From Erysipelotrichaceae bacterium (GTDB lineage Bacteria > Bacillota_I > Bacilli_A > Erysipelotrichales > Erysipelotrichaceae), in the NCBI GenBank assembly GCA_963663995.1, contig OY760660.1, positions 1,080,001-1,112,000 on the forward strand: a stretch of DNA of 32,000 bases, written 5' to 3'. A model generated the notes under the pieces. It ran no database searches. It was not told the origin of the DNA and was given only the letters and a program-made list of their open reading frames with translations. A program made the position numbers and the translations under genes. How positions within the stretch are numbered: position 1 is the first letter of the stretch; every line of letters begins with the position of its first letter. This document shows positions 28,109-32,000 of this stretch, in pieces.

Positions 28109-29173
28109 CTAATTGTTTTTTACTAGATCAAATAATCTCTTATTCTGGTATATTCGCTCTTTACCAATTTTCTCAGATATCAAAAAGCCATTTTCTTCCA
28201 ATTGTTTTAAATAGCTAACTGCTGTTTTCCTAGTTACATTCAATCCCTTTTCGACAAAGATTGTTTTTGTATAAAATTCTTTGAACAATATTTCAATAAG
28301 TTCTTTACTATAAATATTTGGCAACTCTTCCTTAATCTGATCTCTCATTAAAATCACTTCATTATTTATAAGCTTTGTTAGTTCAAGTGTTTCTTTTGAT
28401 ATTTCTTCTATTCCTTTAAGTATAAATACAATCCACCCTTCCCAGTTCTTATTTTCTCTAACATCTTGTAATAAATGATAGTATGCTGCTTTATTTCTAA
28501 TGATAAAACGACTTAAATATAAAATAGGACTATCTAGCAAACCTTTTAGAATTAAAAACAAAACATTTATAATTCTTCCAGTTCTTCCATTTCCATCATA
28601 AAAGGGATGTATACTTTCAAACTGATAATGTATAACAGCTAATTTAATCAAATCATCTATTTCATCATCAATATTTATATATTTTTCTAGATTATTAAGA
28701 TATTCTCTTATTACATCTTCACCAACTGGTGGAGTATAGACTATCTCACCTGTTTTATCATTTTTAAGAACAGTACCTGGAACTTTCCGAATTCCAGCAC
28801 TGTTTTTTTCAATAATCTCTTGAATTTGAACAATCATATTAGTCGATAAAATATTATTTTTAGATACTAGCTCAAATCCTTTCCATAACGCAGCTCTATA
28901 ATTCTCCACTTCTTTACTAGCTGGATTATTAGAAGATTGCGAACTCATTTCTCGATATAAGTCATCATGAGTTGTAATAATATTTTCAATTTCAGAACTG
29001 TCTTTTGATTCATTTATTATGATTGCATTTATTAAAATATTCTTATTTGGTATTGTTTCTGAATAGCCTTTTAGTTCAGATAAATATTTATGAGCAGAAA
29101 CTAATTGCTTCAATATTTTTTTAGTTTCAAGGTCTATATTGGGAGGCAACATAGGTAAATTTTGTTCAAACAT
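28109..29173 (-). CDS. Fic family protein (class II, N-terminal inhibitory helix, C-terminal wHTH)
   Basis: 354 aa. Fic motif HPFYDGNGRTGR, inhibitory motif SSEIEN ((S/T)xxxE(G/N)), a Fic_N-like start (LPPNIDLETKKILKQLVSAHKYLSELKG), and a C-terminal VTRKTAVSYLKQLEENGFLI. Confidence 0.92.
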   Translation of the reverse strand: MFEQNLPMLPPNIDLETKKILKQLVSAHKYLSELKGYSETIPNKNILINAIIINESKDSSEIENIITTHDDLYREMSSQSSNNPASKEVENYRAALWKGFELVSKNNILSTNMIVQIQEIIEKNSAGIRKVPGTVLKNDKTGEIVYTPPVGEDVIREYLNNLEKYINIDDEIDDLIKLAVIHYQFESIHPFYDGNGRTGRIINVLFLILKGLLDSPILYLSRFIIRNKAAYYHLLQDVRENKNWEGWIVFILKGIEEISKETLELTKLINNEVILMRDQIKEELPNIYSKELIEILFKEFYTKTIFVEKGLNVTRKTAVSYLKQLEENGFLISEKIGKERIYQNKRLFDLVKNN

Positions 29174-29190
29174 GACATATAACTCCTTTA

Positions 29191-29222
29191 CATAGGTATT
29201 ATAACACCATTAATTACCTATG
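29191..29222 (-). promoter_or_regulatory. Extended -10 promoter of fic embraced by an 8-bp inverted repeat
   Basis: Minus strand reads CATAGGTA-attaatgg-TGTTATAAT-ACCTATG. The extended -10 TGtTATAAT is at 29206-29198 and the arms CATAGGTA/TACCTATG are at 29191-29198 and 29215-29222. Confidence 0.5.
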
Positions 29223-29332
29223 TTCTTGTGATATGGGTAATATTTTTATTTTTTTACCTATATAAATACACTATAAATAAATTATAAACTCTATCCAGTG
29301 ATTAGAGTAATCCCACATTATCCCCCTACAAG

Positions 29333-29353
29333 AAAAAAGCCCAAAGAATGGGC
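29333..29353 (-). terminator. Private terminator of junction element B
   Basis: Minus strand reads GCCCA-TTCTT-TGGGC followed by TTTTTT. Confidence 0.65.
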
Positions 29354-29354
29354 A

Positions 29355-29487
29355 TTAATTCATACATGGTGCGCGTGACAGGAATCGCATTACATTCTCA
29401 AAACTTAACAAACACTACCGTTTCATACCATTTCTTCCCAAATCTTCACGCATCATCCCATATTAAAACTAGGGTCGGACTAGGGGG
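29355..29487 (-). repeat. Junction element copy B (long form, 7 decamer units)
   Basis: Same architecture as A and C. The tRNA-like core is at plus 29367-29387, the decamer array at 29397-29466 and ACTAGGGtcggACTAGGG at 29468-29485. My hand alignment gives 13 mismatches to copy C over the 124 aligned nt from ACATGG to the G-run. Confidence 0.85.
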
Positions 29488-29601
29488 ATGAAATTTTACT
29501 TCTTTAATTCTTAAGTGGGTATTACATATTTTATATATGAAAAAAATCTATGCCTATGGCAGCAATACCCACTCATGTTTTCCGTCGCATTACAAATAGT
29601 C

Positions 29602-30120
29602 TCATTGCAATATGTAATCAATAATAATTAAATCTTCATAAACCAAAATCAGATAAATCCTATCACTAGGCATATCCTTTACGGATTGTTCCGCATTTAT
29701 CGTAAAATATCTATAACAATTACATTTTAAGTCAAATGGAAGTAAATCTACTTTCGAGACATCGTTAATAGAGTATTCTTTAATAAAGTGAAGGTTTTGA
29801 GCAATACCGTCTATCACTTCCTGCTCTTCAATGATTTCATCATTCTCTAGATCATTAATAAATTTATAGAAATCACTTTCTTTATTGATTTTTAGAACCA
29901 TGAAACTTTCATAAATCTTTCCTTCAAAAGACACCACAGTATATTGATCAGTTTCTAAATAAGGGAGAAGTTCAGCATATCTAAAGTAATCAGAGGGTTG
30001 ATCTATTTCTGGATCAAGTGGATCATCTAGTATAACGGATACAACTAAAATTAGGATTATAGCGAGAAATAGCGCTGTCAAGAACATAAAGATGTACTCA
30101 AAATATTTAGATATTTTCAT
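29602..30120 (-). CDS. Membrane-anchored hypothetical protein
   Basis: 172 aa. One N-terminal TM helix (IFMFLTALFLAIILILVVSVIL) followed by an acidic extracytoplasmic domain. I recognise no motif. Confidence 0.6.
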   Translation of the reverse strand: MKISKYFEYIFMFLTALFLAIILILVVSVILDDPLDPEIDQPSDYFRYAELLPYLETDQYTVVSFEGKIYESFMVLKINKESDFYKFINDLENDEIIEEQEVIDGIAQNLHFIKEYSINDVSKVDLLPFDLKCNCYRYFTINAEQSVKDMPSDRIYLILVYEDLIIIDYILQ

Positions 30121-30207
30121 CGTAGCAGGAATCTCCTAATATAAATCAACTAATTAGTAGACAAGTTTAATTGCTTTAAATGGAACTAAACAATAATAGT
30201 ACAGATC

Positions 30208-31395
30208 CTATAATTTAAAATTCAATAAAAATTCTTCTATATTAATATGTTTAATTCCATTATATGAAAAATCCACGGAATCCATTGATAGAACTAATTT
30301 AGGATATGAGTCATTGATAGAATTTAGAACACTAAATTCTCTTTCTCTGGTCGTTTCTGAACCAAGTAAATAGGATACTTGTATATATAACTTCTCATCA
30401 TTTTTAGTGGCAATAAAATCAATTTCCTGTTGATTTAACTTCCCGATATTTATAGTGTACCCTCTTCTCACAAGTTCAATGTAGACAATATTTTCTAAGA
30501 TTAATTCAATGGCTGCTTCATTATTCCCTACAACAGCTTCTCTAAAACCGTGGTCAGCAATAAAGTATTTTTCTTCTGTTTTTAATAATGCTTTCCCATT
30601 GATGTCATATCTTGAAGCTTTATATAATATAAAACCCTTTTCTAGGATATCAATATAATGAAGTATTGTATCAACACTAATTTTTATGTTTTGTGATTTT
30701 AGATATTTTGAAATGGACAGAGCTGAAAAAGTTTTAGATGTATTCGCACATAGATAAATGATAAGTTTTTCAAGTGTTGCTGAATTTCTAATATCATAAC
30801 GTTGGATAACATCTTGAAGAATAGCTGATTGAAAACTGTCTCTAAGTACAGTCATTGATAAATCATAATTTAAGTCAAAAACGGTTATCGAAGGTAGTCC
30901 ACCGAAAGTTATATAGTCATTAAATGTAGCTTGTTTATGATAGTTTTTAAATTCTTTATAAGAAAAAGGGTGTACTAAAATCTCTACATATCTTCCAGCT
31001 AAATAAGTAGATAAGTCTGAAGACATTAAATCTGAATTTGATCCCGTAATATAGATATCAAATTTATTCATCGCATGGAAAGCATTGACGGCTTTTTCCC
31101 AATCTTTTATCCTACCTACTTCATCAAGAAATAGATATAATTGTCCACTGCACTTTTTATCCCATTCTAAAACATTGTTAGTTAAATCTTTATAGTCCTT
31201 AATGTCGAAGTTCTCAGGAAGTTCAAAATTTAACTTAAGAACATTTATTTCTCTTGTAGCATTTTTTATTAAATCTGCAATATACATGTCCAAAAGAACT
31301 GATTTTCCAGAACGTCTTAATCCAGTGATTACTTTTACAAATGGCTTGTCTTTAAAATCACCTAGCTTTTGAATGTATTCTATTCGCTCAATCAT
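30208..31395 (-). CDS. AAA-type ATPase with DUF4143-like C-terminal region (COG1373 type)
   Basis: 395 aa. Walker A GLRRSGKS and Walker B LYLFLDEV. The C-terminal EIDFI…KLYIQV segment resembles a PD-(D/E)xK-like core, as recalled for this family. Confidence 0.85.
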   Translation of the reverse strand: MIERIEYIQKLGDFKDKPFVKVITGLRRSGKSVLLDMYIADLIKNATREINVLKLNFELPENFDIKDYKDLTNNVLEWDKKCSGQLYLFLDEVGRIKDWEKAVNAFHAMNKFDIYITGSNSDLMSSDLSTYLAGRYVEILVHPFSYKEFKNYHKQATFNDYITFGGLPSITVFDLNYDLSMTVLRDSFQSAILQDVIQRYDIRNSATLEKLIIYLCANTSKTFSALSISKYLKSQNIKISVDTILHYIDILEKGFILYKASRYDINGKALLKTEEKYFIADHGFREAVVGNNEAAIELILENIVYIELVRRGYTINIGKLNQQEIDFIATKNDEKLYIQVSYLLGSETTREREFSVLNSINDSYPKLVLSMDSVDFSYNGIKHINIEEFLLNFKL

Positions 31396-31544
31396 AATAT
31401 CTACCTCTATTTCGATTATATTCTAAATAATATCATATTTCAAATATTATTTCGATTATAATCTAAATTAATATTTATTGATAAAACAAAATAGCCAGTC
31501 TATTTCATGAATTTCTTAATGATTCATATTTATGTATTAAGACT

Positions 31545-31572
31545 AAAACAAAAGAACATCTTTTAGATGTCC
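31545..31572 (-). terminator. Private terminator of junction element C
   Basis: Minus strand reads GGACATC-TAAAA-GATGTTC followed by TTTTGTTTT. Confidence 0.65.
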
Positions 31573-31705
31573 TTAATTGATACATGGTGCGCGTGACAGG
31601 AATCGTATTACATTGCCAAAACTTCCCAAACACTACCATTTCATGCCATTTCGTCCCAAATCTTCCCGTATCTTCCCATATTAAAACTAGGGGCAGACTA
31701 GGGGG
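31573..31705 (-). repeat. Junction element copy C (long form, 7 decamer units)
   Basis: The tRNA-like core is at plus 31585-31605, the decamer array at 31615-31684 and ACTAGGGgcagACTAGGG at 31686-31703, followed by a G-run. Confidence 0.85.
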
Positions 31706-31839
31706 ATTAAAATTTAAAGTGTGTTGTTTATTTATCATTGATACTATCGTTAAGATATTTTTGTAAAAGTAAACAAAAGTATTCATACTACAATAATATG
31801 TATTCATATTCCCCTTCTCACTACATTTTTCAATAGAAA

Positions 31840-31881
31840 TATATAAAAGGACAAGTTAATCTTTTTAGACCATCTTGTCCT
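31840..31881 (-). terminator. Terminator of the upstream minus-strand gene
   Basis: Minus strand reads AGGACAAG-(18 nt)-CTTGTCCT followed by TTTTATATATTT, 7 nt after the stop at 31888-31890. Confidence 0.55.
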
Positions 31882-31887
31882 AAATAA

Positions 31888-32000
31888 TTATTTTACTTTA
31901 AAGCCGTTTTCTTTCATCCACGATTTATACGCACCCATATTTTCGCTGAAAGTATTCCAAACTCTATGTTTATATGGAGTTTCTCCTTCGTACCAATGAC
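31888..32000 (-). CDS. Hypothetical protein (C-terminal 36 codons only; the rest lies beyond the window end)
   Basis: Hand translation gives …HWYEGETPYKHRVWNTFSENMGAYKSWMKENGFKVK*. It is open to the window edge and followed by a terminator. Confidence 0.5.
   Translation of the reverse strand, partial: HWYEGETPYKHRVWNTFSENMGAYKSWMKENGFKVK

Larger units (their letters stand above)
27790..31716 (-). mobile_element. Putative tandem array of integrase-less cassettes bounded by tRNA-3'-end-bearing junction elements
   Basis: Three paralogous junction elements (27812-27906, 29355-29487, 31573-31705) bracket Fic (one gene) and ATPase + membrane protein (two genes). A further module (baeRF-like) lies beyond copy A. 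No recombinase ORF is present. Confidence 0.4.

Noticed and set aside
29355-29487. Interpreting the repeats as 3' portions of tmRNA (ssrA), a common island target
   Set aside because: The acceptor strand ends GCGCACCA, which implies G1-C72/C2-G71/G3-C70 and not the G3:U70 alanine identity pair required in tmRNA. No tag reading frame or pseudoknot-like sequence was seen.
29320-29489. 9-bp inverted repeat ATCCCCCTA / TAGGGGGAT flanking terminator B plus element B (MITE-like ends?)
   Set aside because: It is present only at copy B. Copies A and C have no matching inverted partner, so it is probably coincidental.
27790-31716. CRISPR array
   Set aside because: There are only three repeats of 95-133 bp. 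They are separated by 1.4-2.1 kb of protein-coding DNA and have internal substructure. There are no short regular spacers and no cas genes.
31505-31807. 100-aa minus-strand ORF and 60-aa plus-strand ORF (31584-31766) spanning junction element C
   Set aside because: They overlap the repeat. The homologous copies A and B differ by a 40-bp unit deletion and by substitutions that do not preserve any reading frame. There is no RBS. The composition is that of the repeat and not of coding DNA.

Overview
AT-rich, standard-genetic-code segment that looks like a Bacillota chromosome (TGA is used as a stop, TGG as Trp). Positions 1-26.2 kb carry ordinary and accessory metabolism. This includes a partial MATE exporter and a minus-strand DUF362 lipoprotein-permease-kinase-LysR gene string. 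It also includes the de novo NAD operon nadA-nadB-nadC-niaR, with nadB frameshifted in an A5 run. A dense carbonyl/electrophile-detox cluster follows: 4 aldo/keto reductases, 3 SDRs, pirin, MarR, LysR and esterases, one hydrolase inactivated by a 7-bp tandem duplication and another reduced to a remnant. The rest of this part holds an EamA transporter, an ABC-F ATPase and an FNR-type regulator. A near-perfect FNR box at class II geometry sits next to the regulator and drives a small-protein / P1B-ATPase (CPG instead of CPC) / HMA operon. The unusual part is 26.2-31.9 kb. Three paralogous minus-strand elements (95, 133, 133 bp) each contain two ACTAGGG direct repeats, a 10-bp-periodic array (3, 7, 7 units) and a 21-nt copy of a tRNA T-loop/T-stem/acceptor/CCA 3' end. 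Each also has a conserved trailer and a private rho-independent terminator. They divide the region into small cassettes with no recombinase gene. The cassettes encode a release-factor-like (baeRF-like) protein, a class II Fic protein, and a DUF4143-type ATPase plus a membrane-anchored protein. My best reading is a tandem accretion array of trans-mobilisable mini-elements at a tRNA att site. The alternative is an undescribed tRNA-end-mimicking RNA family placed upstream of conflict-type genes. No rRNA, intact tRNA, CRISPR array or transposase was seen.
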